Positions 1 through 9,342 of a DNA stretch of 64,000 nt are shown here, piece after piece. Each line of letters opens with the position of its first letter. Within the stretch, counting starts at the first letter, position 1. Where the stretch lies: positions 32,001 to 96,000 of the IMG/VR virus record IMGVR_UViG_3300032180_000001; one strand, written 5' to 3'. This DNA is from a virus. A model generated the notes under the pieces. That model made no database searches. It saw only the letters and a program-made list of their open reading frames with translations, and had not been told where the DNA came from. A program made the translations under genes and the position numbers.

Positions 1-251
1 TCACCGAGGAGGATCATCTTGAAAGTGTCACTGGCCAGGTCATATTCGCCGACTCGGTAGGTGACTGTCTGGTTCACGCCTGCGAAAGTGATCGTCCAGT
101 CTTGCGGGAATCCGTCTAGGACTACCTTAACGGCCGGATGCGGGTTATCCCGGAAGCTCCGCAGCAGGTCGAGGGTGATCGTCGTTTCCGGATCGGCACG
201 GGTGATGAAAACCTGGCCGTTGCGTTTTTCAAGTACGATGTCGCCTGTCAT
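1..251 (-). CDS. Hypothetical protein, partial (runs off window start)
   Basis: Manually translated open frame from ATG 251 (MTGDIVLEKRNGQVFITRADPETTITLD...) to the edge. Confidence 0.5.
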   Translation of the reverse strand, partial: MTGDIVLEKRNGQVFITRADPETTITLDLLRSFRDNPHPAVKVVLDGFPQDWTITFAGVNQTVTYRVGEYDLASDTFKMILLG

Positions 252-415
252 CAGCTCTCGCCCCCGTATCTCTTTCTACTCTTCTTCCTCGGCCTCGTCG
301 ATCAGGCCAGTCGGGCTGTCAGCATCGCGAGCACACGGCGCCCAGCGCGCCCGGCCTTCCCAGACTAGATGGCATCCCCGACAGGCGGGGTAGGGATGAG
401 CACACACGGCACCTT

Positions 416-462
416 CCGAGAAAGAACCGGCCCGGTCACGACGGGGGGCGCAACCGGGCCGG
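416..462 (-). terminator. Intrinsic terminator downstream of SSB-like gene
   Basis: Stem ccggcccggt (427-436)/accgggccgg (453-462) followed on minus strand by TTCTTTCT. Confidence 0.65.
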
Positions 463-483
463 AGTCTCTAGGTTAGCAGTAGA

Positions 484-1494
484 TCAGCCTTGGCCGGTGA
501 GAGCCCTGAGCCTCTCCTGCTGCTCTGGTGTCAGATCGCTAGGCATCGCCATCTGAGGCTGCTGTTGCTGAGCCTGCGGCGGGGCTGGTGCGTACTGGGG
601 CTGAGCCTGCGGTGGAGCCGGCGCATAAGCAGTGGGTGGTAGAGGCGGCTGAGGCGCCTGGAACTGTGCCTGCGGCGGTGCGTACTGCTGAGCCTGCTGA
701 GCTGGTGCCTGCGGCGGCGGTGCGTATCCCGCCTGGGGCTGCCCGTACTGCGCGACCTGCTCTTGCGGTGCGTACTGAGCGGGCGCTGGCGGCGCGAACT
801 GCTGAGGCGGAGGCGGTGGTGCCTGCTGCACGGGAGGTGCCTGAGCGGGTGCCTGGCCGTTGCCGTTCGCATTAACCGGCCGCTGGTAAGTAACGGCCTT
901 GATCTTCTGCGGCGACATGTTCGGCACCGGCCGGTCGCCCGTGTACGTAACGGTGATCAGCGCGCCTGCTTCCGGCGGGGGCATGTGCCCGTTCACCGGG
1001 GGAACGCCCGCAGCCTCCATCGCGCGCTCGAGTTCCGCCCGCTCAGTGCCCTTGACGTACCAGGTCGCCCGGCCATCCGGAAACTCCTGGGTCGGCGCGA
1101 GGGAGAGCGGTATAATCATTATCCACTTGGGTGAGCCATCGGGATGGAACAGCGGCCGCTTCGAGTTCATCTCGGTCTGCTGCTGAATATCGGCACTCGT
1201 TATCGTACGGGCGACGTAGCCGCTGTAGGCGGTACCGAACGGCTTGTTCTGAAACGAGATCGATTTGCCACTGGCAGCAGGCTGTTCATAAAAGTCGTCA
1301 ACATTGCCCTTGGCTAGGGGTGGTGCCTGAGGTGCCTGCGGTTGAGGCGGACCATAGGCAGGCGGGGGCGGCGGCGGATATCCGTAACCCGGCGGTGCCT
1401 GCGGCGGGTACTGAGCACCAGGCGGGGGGTACAGTGGTGCCTGCGGCGGATAGGCAGGCTGTTGCGGCTGGTAAGGGGGGTTCGGGTACGTCAC
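484..1494 (-). CDS. Actinophage ssDNA-binding-like protein with Pro/Gln-rich low-complexity termini
   Basis: Core IQQQTEMNSKRPLFHPDGSPKWIMIIPL...TITVTYTGDRP resembles actinophage SSB-like proteins; PQA-rich N and C termini. Confidence 0.55.
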   Translation of the reverse strand: MTYPNPPYQPQQPAYPPQAPLYPPPGAQYPPQAPPGYGYPPPPPPAYGPPQPQAPQAPPLAKGNVDDFYEQPAASGKSISFQNKPFGTAYSGYVARTITSADIQQQTEMNSKRPLFHPDGSPKWIMIIPLSLAPTQEFPDGRATWYVKGTERAELERAMEAAGVPPVNGHMPPPEAGALITVTYTGDRPVPNMSPQKIKAVTYQRPVNANGNGQAPAQAPPVQQAPPPPPQQFAPPAPAQYAPQEQVAQYGQPQAGYAPPPQAPAQQAQQYAPPQAQFQAPQPPLPPTAYAPAPPQAQPQYAPAPPQAQQQQPQMAMPSDLTPEQQERLRALTGQG

Positions 1495-1511
1495 TTGAAC
1501 GGCCTTTCTTT

Positions 1512-2051
1512 TCAGTTGACTGATTCGGAGATAAGTGCTGACTGTTCACCTGGGAATGGGAAGTTGAACCGAGCATATTCACCCCAAGCTTTCCGCGCTG
1601 CTTCATCGTAGGCTCGTGCGGCGTCTTCCTCTACAGCAAAGGATCCAAGCGAGGACAGTTTTCCGTTGATCCGGATGCGTGCCCGCCACTTATTCCGCCG
1701 ATGCTCGAAAGAGAGCCCTTTGAACCGCGATGCACGACTAAGATGAGGACGCCTGTTAGCGCTGCTCATATTTGGGTCTGCCGTACGCAGGTTCGACCGC
1801 TGATTGTTCAGGCCGTAGCAGTCATGATGGTCGATCCCCGCCTGCCCCATGATGAGACAGTGCATGAAAATGGTGGTACGTCGTCCGTTACGGTAGATAT
1901 GAGCTATCGCATAGGGACCGTTATCCCGGCGGCCTGGAACCTTCATCTCCCAGATACGCCACCGGTACTGACTGGCGAGCGGGTAGTCTTCGTCGTCAAC
2001 CAGCGCGACGCGCCCTGCGGCCTTGGCTCCGTAGAGGGGAACAGTCTTCAT
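1512..2051 (-). CDS. HNH homing endonuclease with AP2 domain
   Basis: MHCLIMG..IDHHDCYGLNNQRSNLR; SRFKGL..KWRARIRING..LGSF..EEDAARAYDEAA. Confidence 0.92.
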   Translation of the reverse strand: MKTVPLYGAKAAGRVALVDDEDYPLASQYRWRIWEMKVPGRRDNGPYAIAHIYRNGRRTTIFMHCLIMGQAGIDHHDCYGLNNQRSNLRTADPNMSSANRRPHLSRASRFKGLSFEHRRNKWRARIRINGKLSSLGSFAVEEDAARAYDEAARKAWGEYARFNFPFPGEQSALISESVN

Positions 2052-2129
2052 CTTGTCCTTGCTGACTGTGCTTGACTCTGATGCTCATGCTTGAACCTTG
2101 AACCGGGATAATTTCGGCTCGGGAGGCTC

Positions 2130-2159
2130 ACGTTACGCCGTGGTCTGTGTAGCCTGCAA
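2130..2159 (-). promoter_or_regulatory. Putative leftward sigma70/HrdB-type promoter
   Basis: Minus strand TTGCAG-N18-TAACGT in divergent intergenic region. Confidence 0.5.
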
Positions 2160-2167
2160 GACCAGAT

Positions 2168-2197
2168 TTGACAGTCTCTTAGAGTCTCTGCTACTGT
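2168..2197 (+). promoter_or_regulatory. Putative rightward sigma70/HrdB-type promoter overlapping an operator-like motif
   Basis: TTGACA-N18-TACTGT; spacer contains AGTCTCTTAGAGTCT (2173-2187). Confidence 0.65.
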
Positions 2198-2290
2198 CGT
2201 TTCGTCCCGTCAGACACGGCGGGATAAGGCAATCACACCTTTAACAGGCTGCGCGGCGAGAACCGCAAAGCCGAAAGCGAGCAAGCACTG

Positions 2291-2962
2291 ATGAGCACTC
2301 CCAAGAGCCCGACCCAGACCGACCTGGCCGTCCGCGCCGCCTTCGAGGCCCACGGCTACGTCCAGGCGAACGGCGCCATCGATCTCACCAAGCTCCGCGA
2401 GACGATGATCCGCCCGCTGATCGAGCGCAAGGTCGTCTCCTACAAGGAGCGCGGCGAGAAGGCCGTCACCCGCGGCGAGCTGGTCGCGCACGTGTTCCCG
2501 GACCTGCCCGGCCCGGACGCCTTCGATGACCAGCCCGACCCCCGGCTCGCCCAGGACGTGTGGGACGCGCTGTCCGCGAAGCTGTGGAACGAGGCTGCCG
2601 TCAACGCGGACAAGCCGCTGCAGCGGATGGTCGCCATCGAGATGGGTAACGGCTACGTGCTGTGCCGGACCCAGATCGGCAGCAACAAGACGGCCGCCGT
2701 GTACGTCACCGACGACGTGCGCTGCATCGAGACCGACTTCGTGAAGCCGGACAACGACGCGCTGCAGCGCAAGGCGAAGGCCGTCACCGACAACCGTGAG
2801 ATGCTGGTGCTCCGCCAGCCGCACAACGCGAAGCGGTACGAGCGCGGCATCAATGAGACCCTAAAGGCGATCGCCGACACGAGCCGACAGCGGGTCGCGC
2901 TCGCGGTGGCCGCCTCGACGGCCCCGGCCCCGTCTGACGATCGGGACGCAGACGAGGGCTAG
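2291..2962 (+). CDS. Hypothetical protein
   Basis: 223-aa ORF with strong G/C third-position codon bias. Confidence 0.8.
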   Translation: MSTPKSPTQTDLAVRAAFEAHGYVQANGAIDLTKLRETMIRPLIERKVVSYKERGEKAVTRGELVAHVFPDLPGPDAFDDQPDPRLAQDVWDALSAKLWNEAAVNADKPLQRMVAIEMGNGYVLCRTQIGSNKTAAVYVTDDVRCIETDFVKPDNDALQRKAKAVTDNREMLVLRQPHNAKRYERGINETLKAIADTSRQRVALAVAASTAPAPSDDRDADEG

Positions 2963-2971
2963 GGTCAGGCT

Positions 2972-3009
2972 GGCGGGGCGGGTACGCAGGCAGGCGTACC
3001 TGCCCCGCC
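2972..3009. terminator. Strong GC-rich hairpin (possible terminator or processing site)
   Basis: 16-bp stem ggcggggcgggtacgc/gcgtacctgccccgcc (one G-U), 6-nt loop; no clear U-tract. Confidence 0.45.
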
Positions 3010-3034
3010 CTTGCACGTCAACAGGGGGCAAACC

Positions 3035-3616
3035 ATGATCAGCAAAGAGGGGCACGACCTTCCCGACGAGATCATCGAAGCGATCATCACCGGGAACATG
3101 AAGCAGAACGAGGTCCGTAAGCAGTTCGGGCTGCCGGAACGCGCGGCACGAGTGGCGGTGATCCGGGCCGATGAGCGCGAGCGCACCCGGGAAAAGGTAG
3201 GTCAAAGATCCGCACCCGCCTCGACGAAAAATCGTAAGGGCTTTACCGGCAAGTCGGCGGATAAGCGTGTCCGGGAGCTGCGGGCGCGGCAGCGCGGCGA
3301 CTACTCCGAGCGAGTGAGGGCGCAGCTGGAGTTCGCGAAGATGTGCGTCGTGCTGGAAGACATTCACATCGAAGACTACGGCCTGGAAGACACCGACACC
3401 TGGCTGGCCGCTGACGTCTACGATGACCTGGTGAGCCTGGCCGAGCACGTGGACCAGCAGCTTTCCGCCGTGCAACGCTATATCAGTGAGCATGACGTGC
3501 TGGCGCGGATCATGAAGCTGCGCGATACCGCAGGCCGGTCGCCGGAAGAGGCGAAAACCGCGCTCCGGCTGGCTAGCCGACTAGAGCAGAAAATGACCCA
3601 GCGGCTCGGCTCGTGA
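3035..3616 (+). CDS. Hypothetical helical protein
   Basis: ORF with GGGGG RBS-like sequence before ATG 3035; overlaps next gene (GTGA). Confidence 0.7.
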   Translation: MISKEGHDLPDEIIEAIITGNMKQNEVRKQFGLPERAARVAVIRADERERTREKVGQRSAPASTKNRKGFTGKSADKRVRELRARQRGDYSERVRAQLEFAKMCVVLEDIHIEDYGLEDTDTWLAADVYDDLVSLAEHVDQQLSAVQRYISEHDVLARIMKLRDTAGRSPEEAKTALRLASRLEQKMTQRLGS

Positions 3617-4206
3617 AATTCGGCACCATCATCTGCGACCCTCCCTGGGCTTACGGCTCGGCATCCCGGCATACTCAGAAGGTGCGCGGTTACACGTCCT
3701 ACCGCCACGGCGAGGGCACCGTTTACCAGCCGCTGAGCACGGAAGATTTGTGCAGGCTGCCTGTCGGAGATCTCGCTGCCCCGGACTCGGTTCTGCTGCT
3801 ATGGACGACCGGCCCATTCATTCCAGAGGCTCTTGAGGTAATAGCGGCGTGGGGTTTCACCTACCGGACGGCGGTGTACTGGGGCAAGCTGAAAGCCGAC
3901 GGCACCGTGCATCGGGGCGGGGTCGGATACTGGTTCCGCGGAGCAGCCGAACCGGTGCTGGTGGCAAGCCGGGGGAAATCGTACCGGACGGGGGAGCCAG
4001 GCCTGCTGCTAACACCGAAGCTAGCACACAGCGAAAAACCAGACTGGCTGCACGAGGTAGCGGAACGAAATTTCCCTGGTCCGTACTTGGAACTATTTGG
4101 TCGACGCGGGCGGGGAGACTGGACTGTCATCGGGGATGAAGCTCCTGGTTGCAGGGGAAAAGATATCAGGACAAGCGTGAAAGAACTAAGGGAGGAAAAG
4201 GAATGA
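3613..4206 (+). CDS. MT-A70 family N6-adenine methyltransferase
   Basis: IICDPPW catalytic motif, LLLWTT, HSEKPD, YLELFGRR. Confidence 0.9.
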   Translation: MKFGTIICDPPWAYGSASRHTQKVRGYTSYRHGEGTVYQPLSTEDLCRLPVGDLAAPDSVLLLWTTGPFIPEALEVIAAWGFTYRTAVYWGKLKADGTVHRGGVGYWFRGAAEPVLVASRGKSYRTGEPGLLLTPKLAHSEKPDWLHEVAERNFPGPYLELFGRRGRGDWTVIGDEAPGCRGKDIRTSVKELREEKE

Positions 4207-4435
4207 GTATGGAAGACGCACGGCTCGATCACTTGACGCAACGACTCGACAATCTACGGGACGCTCTGATCACCAGGGCTGTGAGGATGGAGAAATATGC
4301 CGAAGACGACAAGAGCAAGGGCATGATCCTCCAAAAAGATAATGCCACCCGAGCGCGAGCGGCTGCTTACCTGACCCACGCAGCAATAATGGAAGCCATA
4401 GCCTGGGAATTCCGTGGCTTGGCGGAGGCAGCAGA

Positions 4436-4777
4436 ATGAGCCTGACCGATGCTGAAAGAGAAACTATAATATCCATGTCCGACGCGGGTGATACCGCTCA
4501 GATCTACTCATCGCAGCGGCGGATCATAACAAAGCTCAAAAAGAATGCCGCCGCCGTTCTTCTCGACGAAGGCACCTTCGAAGGCAGCGCGTGGGCGAAA
4601 TTCGAGATGCCGAGAGCGTTGATCAGTTTCCGGTCGACCACGATTAAGCGGGAGATGACCGACGAGCAGCGGCAGGCGGCGGCCGAGCGGTTCGCCAAGT
4701 ACCGGGCCGGTTCCGCGAATAACCTTGACGAGGGTGGTACGGATGAGGATAATGAGGCAGATGAGGATGATGAGTAA
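4436..4777 (+). CDS. Hypothetical protein, acidic tail
   Basis: Coupled ORF (ATGA overlap with 4203-4439 ORF). Confidence 0.65.
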   Translation: MSLTDAERETIISMSDAGDTAQIYSSQRRIITKLKKNAAAVLLDEGTFEGSAWAKFEMPRALISFRSTTIKREMTDEQRQAAAERFAKYRAGSANNLDEGGTDEDNEADEDDE

Positions 4778-5816
4778 GAGAACACGTTTCGGGCTGACGG
4801 CCCTCGCCCTCGCCCTGGCAGCAACGCTGACCGCGGCACTGGGCGCGCAGGCTACGACGGTGAGCGGCACCATCAACGCCGCCGGATCAGTCTTCCAGGC
4901 TAACTTCCAGCGGCCTGCCATCGCGGACTTCAAGTCGGTCGACCCCGGTGTCACGGTTCACTACAGCGCGGTTGGCTCGATCACGGGCCGAGCCGACCTG
5001 TACGCGAACCGGGTGCTGTTCGCCGGCTCTGACTCGCCGATTCCGGCCAGCGAGAAATACCGGATTCCCAAGGGCAAGACGGTTCTGTACTTCCCGGTGC
5101 AGTTCGGCCCGATCGCACTCGCGTACAACCTGCCGGGCGTGACAGGCCTGAAGCTAACCCCGGCCATCATCGCCGGGATCTTCCAGCACACGATCACCCG
5201 GTGGAATAACCCGGCAATCAAGGCCCTTAACCCCGTTTCGCCCCTGCCGTCAACTCTGATCACCCCTGCCGTCCGCTCCGATTCCTCCGATACGACGGCA
5301 AACGTCTCCCAGTACCTTATCGATGCGGCAAGCAGCACGTGGAAGCTCGGCACGGGCGAGACCATCACGTGGCCGACGACGGACCGCAAGGGCACCGGTG
5401 AAGGCGGCGTTGCTCAGATCGTCAAGACCACTCCCGGTGCCATCGGGTACATGGATTACGTGACCTCTAAGTTCGCCGGGCTGAGCACCGCGCTGATCAG
5501 GAACCGGGCCGGCGCTTATGTCGCACCAACAACCGCGTCAGCCTATGCAGCCGCAACGCACGTCATCCCGAACGCCAGCCTGACGTTCCTGACGCTGAAC
5601 GAGCCGGGCGCGGATTCCTACCCGATCACCTACCAGTCATGGGACCTGGTATACGCGCAGCAGCCGAGCGCCATCGACGTAACGCTGCTCCGGGCTTACC
5701 TCGGCTACCTGCTCGGCACGGGCCAGAATCTGCTTCAGGTCCTCTACCTCGCGCCGCTGCCTGCGAGCATCGACAAGGTCGCCAGGACGCAACTGGGTAA
5801 GATCCTGCACAGCTAA
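4767..5816 (+). CDS. pstS: Phosphate ABC transporter substrate-binding protein PstS-like (auxiliary metabolic gene)
   Basis: Signal peptide; AGSVF, Y.AVGS..G, FAGSD, GPIALAYNL, RSDSSDTT, PGAIGY, SYPI motifs. Confidence 0.9.
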   Translation: MMSKRTRFGLTALALALAATLTAALGAQATTVSGTINAAGSVFQANFQRPAIADFKSVDPGVTVHYSAVGSITGRADLYANRVLFAGSDSPIPASEKYRIPKGKTVLYFPVQFGPIALAYNLPGVTGLKLTPAIIAGIFQHTITRWNNPAIKALNPVSPLPSTLITPAVRSDSSDTTANVSQYLIDAASSTWKLGTGETITWPTTDRKGTGEGGVAQIVKTTPGAIGYMDYVTSKFAGLSTALIRNRAGAYVAPTTASAYAAATHVIPNASLTFLTLNEPGADSYPITYQSWDLVYAQQPSAIDVTLLRAYLGYLLGTGQNLLQVLYLAPLPASIDKVARTQLGKILHS

Positions 5817-5842
5817 AAGAAGAACGATGACGGGGAGGATGG

Positions 5843-6100
5843 ATGATCGACACCGACTGGATGGACGAAGCGGCCTGCGTAGGCGAGGAACAGTTGTTCT
5901 TCCCCGTCAGCTACATACCCGACCGGATACAGACGATCAAGGAACTGTGCGCCAGCTGCCCTGTCCAGCGCGAATGCGAACGGTACGGTGCGGCACTGCT
6001 CAAGGTCCGGATCCCCATCACCCGCGGTTTCTGGGGCGGGTTCTCCGTCGAGGAACTGCGCAGGAGGCAGAAGATGCCAGCTAAGGCGAGACAACGATGA
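5843..6100 (+). CDS. whiB: WhiB family Fe-S transcription factor
   Basis: W..EAAC...FF...C..CPV...C four-Cys pattern and GFWGG turn. Confidence 0.9.
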   Translation: MIDTDWMDEAACVGEEQLFFPVSYIPDRIQTIKELCASCPVQRECERYGAALLKVRIPITRGFWGGFSVEELRRRQKMPAKARQR

Positions 6101-6432
6101 GTGGCGTGACGCTGATCCGGGCGGTTTCCACCCAGCCAGTTTCTTCCGGCGAGCAAAGCGAGCAAGCGGGACATTCTGTGCTGTACGTCGCGGTGCGATC
6201 AATTGACGCCGTAGCACTCATTGCGGGCATCACCGGCGAAAGCAACTTCACTGACCTTGATACAAGAGAATGGGGGGTGCTGCGGGTACCCGGACTGGCC
6301 AGGCTGGTCGCGCAGGTGCTCGGCGGGGAGCAGCCGAAGGCCGTCACCTTCATCGGCACCATCACGCACGGCACCTGGGTCAGCTGGTATCCGCCAGGGA
6401 GTGCACCGCCGGTTCCCGAGGAGGATCGATGA
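6097..6432 (+). CDS. Hypothetical protein
   Basis: Coupled ORF; followed by small ORF 6429-6623. Confidence 0.5.
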   Translation: MSGVTLIRAVSTQPVSSGEQSEQAGHSVLYVAVRSIDAVALIAGITGESNFTDLDTREWGVLRVPGLARLVAQVLGGEQPKAVTFIGTITHGTWVSWYPPGSAPPVPEEDR

Positions 6433-6657
6433 CTAGGCGCGAGGCGTACGACGAGCTGCGCAAGCATGGCTTCTATGGCTTGCAGGCGGCGAACATGCTG
6501 CGGCTAGCCGACGAGTACGGCTGCTGCCCGGGCAAGAGAGTCACGGTAGTCGCGAGTGGAGAAGACGACTATGTACTCAACTGGGACGAGCGTGCTAGAG
6601 TGACAGAAGATCTCAAGAGTTAATCAGAGTATCAAAGAAACCACGGGGGTTTTTACC

Positions 6658-7050
6658 ATGAACAAGCCAGCACTCATCACCGCGCTCGCGGCCAGCGCCA
6701 TCGTTGCCATGGGCCTTAGCGCCTGCAGCAGCGGAGGTAGCAGCACGCCGCCCAGCGCTCAGTCCGTCCTCACCAGCGACGGCTACAGCTACGACGCGGC
6801 ATTGACTAACGCGGGCCAGAGCAGCATCACATCGACGCCCGGTTTCCCCAAGGGAGCGCTGTCGTCGATCGCCGTCGGCACCACCGGCAGCAACGTGCAA
6901 ATCGTGCTCGTGCTCGACAGCCAGGGGCTTGCCACCATCGCCGCCGACGGGGCGAAGAAAGACCTGTCCGGCCAGGGGCTGACGATCGCGCAGGACGGTG
7001 ACGTGGTGACCGTAACCGGACCGCTGTCGGCGCTGAGCAACGGCGGCTGA
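6658..7050 (+). CDS. Putative lipoprotein (paralog of 9381-9908)
   Basis: Lipobox GLSAC; shared S.L...GY and GDVVT.(T/S)G motifs with 9381 ORF. Confidence 0.75.
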   Translation: MNKPALITALAASAIVAMGLSACSSGGSSTPPSAQSVLTSDGYSYDAALTNAGQSSITSTPGFPKGALSSIAVGTTGSNVQIVLVLDSQGLATIAADGAKKDLSGQGLTIAQDGDVVTVTGPLSALSNGG

Positions 7051-7311
7051 CTCCGCAAAGGGCGAAACGGGGGACGCAACGATGGGGAACAGGCTGACCT
7101 GGAGCAGAACGGAATACAACGAAGTAGGCAAGGCCGGGCTTATCGTTCTTTTCAGCATCAACTACCGGGTAATCTCGACGGATCTGAAATACTACCTGGT
7201 AACCCGGCTGCCCGGCTTCGACCGAAATAAGAAATGGGCCGACGACGATCCGGACGCGCTGAAGAAAGCAGCTGAGAACATTCTCGGCAAGTGGCTGCGG
7301 GAGGTGGGGGC

Positions 7312-7716
7312 GTGAGCACCATGCTGATTACGGCGGTATGGGTGAACGAGGACGAGATTTCGATTCCTTCGGTCGTTTCCTGGACCGATGAGGATCCGCT
7401 GACCGTCACCGTCAAGTTCCTGGCCAAGAGCGGGCTGGAAGCCTGGGTTTTCGGCCGGGACCTGATCGCCGACGCGCTCGACGATTCTTCCCCCCTGAGG
7501 TGGCACGGCGAGGGGGATGTGCGGGTAGCCCGGGGGGTCAAGCGGCCCGGTTTGGACAACACCCTGCAACTGTGCCTGCGCACCCCGGCCGGGTCGGCGT
7601 TCCTGCGCACCGACGGGCAGACCATCCGAGACTTCCTCGACGGCACGTACCGGGAGGTGGCCCGCGGTGCGGAAGAGCTAGCCATCGACGACGCCCTCGC
7701 CCGGATTCTTGGTTAG
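7312..7716 (+). CDS. ssgA: SsgA family sporulation/cell-division regulator (SALP)
   Basis: DPLTVTVKF, WVFGRDLIADAL, GEGDVRV, LRTPAGSAFL, RDFLDGTY; GTG start 7312 or ATG 7321. Confidence 0.88.
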   Translation: MSTMLITAVWVNEDEISIPSVVSWTDEDPLTVTVKFLAKSGLEAWVFGRDLIADALDDSSPLRWHGEGDVRVARGVKRPGLDNTLQLCLRTPAGSAFLRTDGQTIRDFLDGTYREVARGAEELAIDDALARILG

Positions 7717-7786
7717 AGCTGGCTGCTGGCCGCGAAACAAGGGGAGCAACCCCGCTCCGGACGTTACAACAGAAAAGAACCTCAGG

Positions 7787-9259
7787 ATGCGAAAGAAAAG
7801 AACCGGAATACTCGCGACAGCGGGCGTTTCTCTGGCGGCAGCTCTCACCATTACCGGCCTCGCGGTTTCCGCCGCCCGCGCCACTTCACCCGTCAGTGCC
7901 ACCGCGCTTTCCAGCGTAGTCTTCGGCACCAACATGCCGCTGTTCGACGGTAACGAGCAGATGCTCTCCAACACCGGCACCCAGGCCATCATCAAGGGCT
8001 GGCACACCCCGGTCATCCGCGTGCCGTTCCGCACCGGCCTTTCGGATAGCGTCGAGCTGCAGGCTCTGCAGACGGTTAAGAACATCGGCGCGGCTCCGCT
8101 CGTCATCATCCACGGCGCGGCCGACAGTAACGTCCTGTCCGACGACACCCATCTCCTCGCCCTTACCGCCCAGGTGTTCGGCAGCAGCACGGTGTACGTC
8201 GAGTACGGCAACGAGGAAGACCTGGCCGGGATCGGCGCGCAGCAGTACACCACGTCGTGGAACGCCACCATTCCGTCGCTCAAGGCCGCCCATCCCTCCT
8301 ACAAGTACATCGGCCCGGTCAACTTCCAGCAGAATCCCGGCTACATCGGCTACTTCGTGGGTCACGCGAACCCGCTCCCCGATCTCGTGTCGTGGCATGA
8401 GTACGTCTGCGGCCCGATCGACGCGACGACGATCTGCTTCTCGCACCTCGCGAACTGGAAGACGCACGTTACCAACACCAACAACGCGGAGGTCGCGGCG
8501 ATCGGGCATACCATCCCGTTCTTCATCTCCGAGTGGAACATGGATCCGCAGAACGATCCTCGCTACCTGAATCAGTCGGTCATCGGGCCGTGGACCACCC
8601 AGGCGATTCAGGAGATGGAATCCCTCGTTCCGATGGGCCTGGCCGGGGCGCAGCAGTACTGCGCGGACAGCCACGGCGGCGGCTTCGAGCTGATCGACTC
8701 GTCCAACAACCTCACCTATCAGGGTGCCGCGTTCCAGGGCGCGATGGGGCCGTCTCCCTCTCCGTCACCCACCACCCCGAGCCCGTCGCCGACTACCCCA
8801 TCACCTTCACCGACCACCCCGTCACCCTCGCCGACTCAGACAAGCCCCTCGCCGTCACCGTCGCCCACTCCGGGCAGTATCCGGTATGACTTCGAGAACG
8901 GCACTACCCAGGGCTGGGCACCCGCGTTCGGATCTATCACCGATGCGAACAGCACCGTTCGGGCCTGGTCGGGTACTCACTCCCTTGCCATCACCAGCAC
9001 GGGCGGTTACCAGGCCGTCCGGGGAAGCGCGAGCCTCACGGCCGGAACGCAGGTCACCTACCATGTGTGGTCTCCCGCCGCGGGCGTGCATGTTGTCCCG
9101 TTCGTCACTGCAGGCTGGACGAACACGTTCGCAAGTGGCGTTACCCTCGCCGCAGGCTGGAACATTGTGACCTGGAAGGCTCCCGTCGCGGCTGCCCAGG
9201 CCGGGCTTCAGGTGAACACCTTCACCGGCACCCTCTACCTCGACGCGGTGTCCTGGTAA
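7787..9259 (+). CDS. Secreted clan GH-A glycoside hydrolase with Ser/Pro/Thr linker and C-terminal CBM
   Basis: Signal peptide; YGNEED acid/base, ISEWN nucleophile; (SP/TP)n linker; YDFENGTTQGW CBM-like domain. Confidence 0.8.
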   Translation: MRKKRTGILATAGVSLAAALTITGLAVSAARATSPVSATALSSVVFGTNMPLFDGNEQMLSNTGTQAIIKGWHTPVIRVPFRTGLSDSVELQALQTVKNIGAAPLVIIHGAADSNVLSDDTHLLALTAQVFGSSTVYVEYGNEEDLAGIGAQQYTTSWNATIPSLKAAHPSYKYIGPVNFQQNPGYIGYFVGHANPLPDLVSWHEYVCGPIDATTICFSHLANWKTHVTNTNNAEVAAIGHTIPFFISEWNMDPQNDPRYLNQSVIGPWTTQAIQEMESLVPMGLAGAQQYCADSHGGGFELIDSSNNLTYQGAAFQGAMGPSPSPSPTTPSPSPTTPSPSPTTPSPSPTQTSPSPSPSPTPGSIRYDFENGTTQGWAPAFGSITDANSTVRAWSGTHSLAITSTGGYQAVRGSASLTAGTQVTYHVWSPAAGVHVVPFVTAGWTNTFASGVTLAAGWNIVTWKAPVAAAQAGLQVNTFTGTLYLDAVSW

Positions 9260-9281
9260 CTGAATAGGATAATTAAACACG

Positions 9282-9342
9282 CCTGAGCACTGGCGATCGC
9301 AGACGGGCACGCACCGTTTGCGATCGCAGGCACTCAGCCTGA
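9282..9342 (+). ncRNA. Conserved structured hairpin element, copy 1
   Basis: CCTGAGCACTGGCGATCGC-[stem-loop]-GCGATCGCAGGCACTCAGCCTGA; second copy at 21553. Confidence 0.6.

Noticed and set aside
8750-8875. Ser/Pro/Thr and Gly-rich repeats as novel arrays (also tail genes and 63790-64000)
   Set aside because: Ordinary coding linkers, glycine-rich tail repeats and tape-measure repeats
9282-9342. ZTP or other known riboswitch (ACUGGCG resemblance)
   Set aside because: Lacks the 3' GCC..CGCCUGGGC hairpin and pseudoknot; downstream genes unrelated
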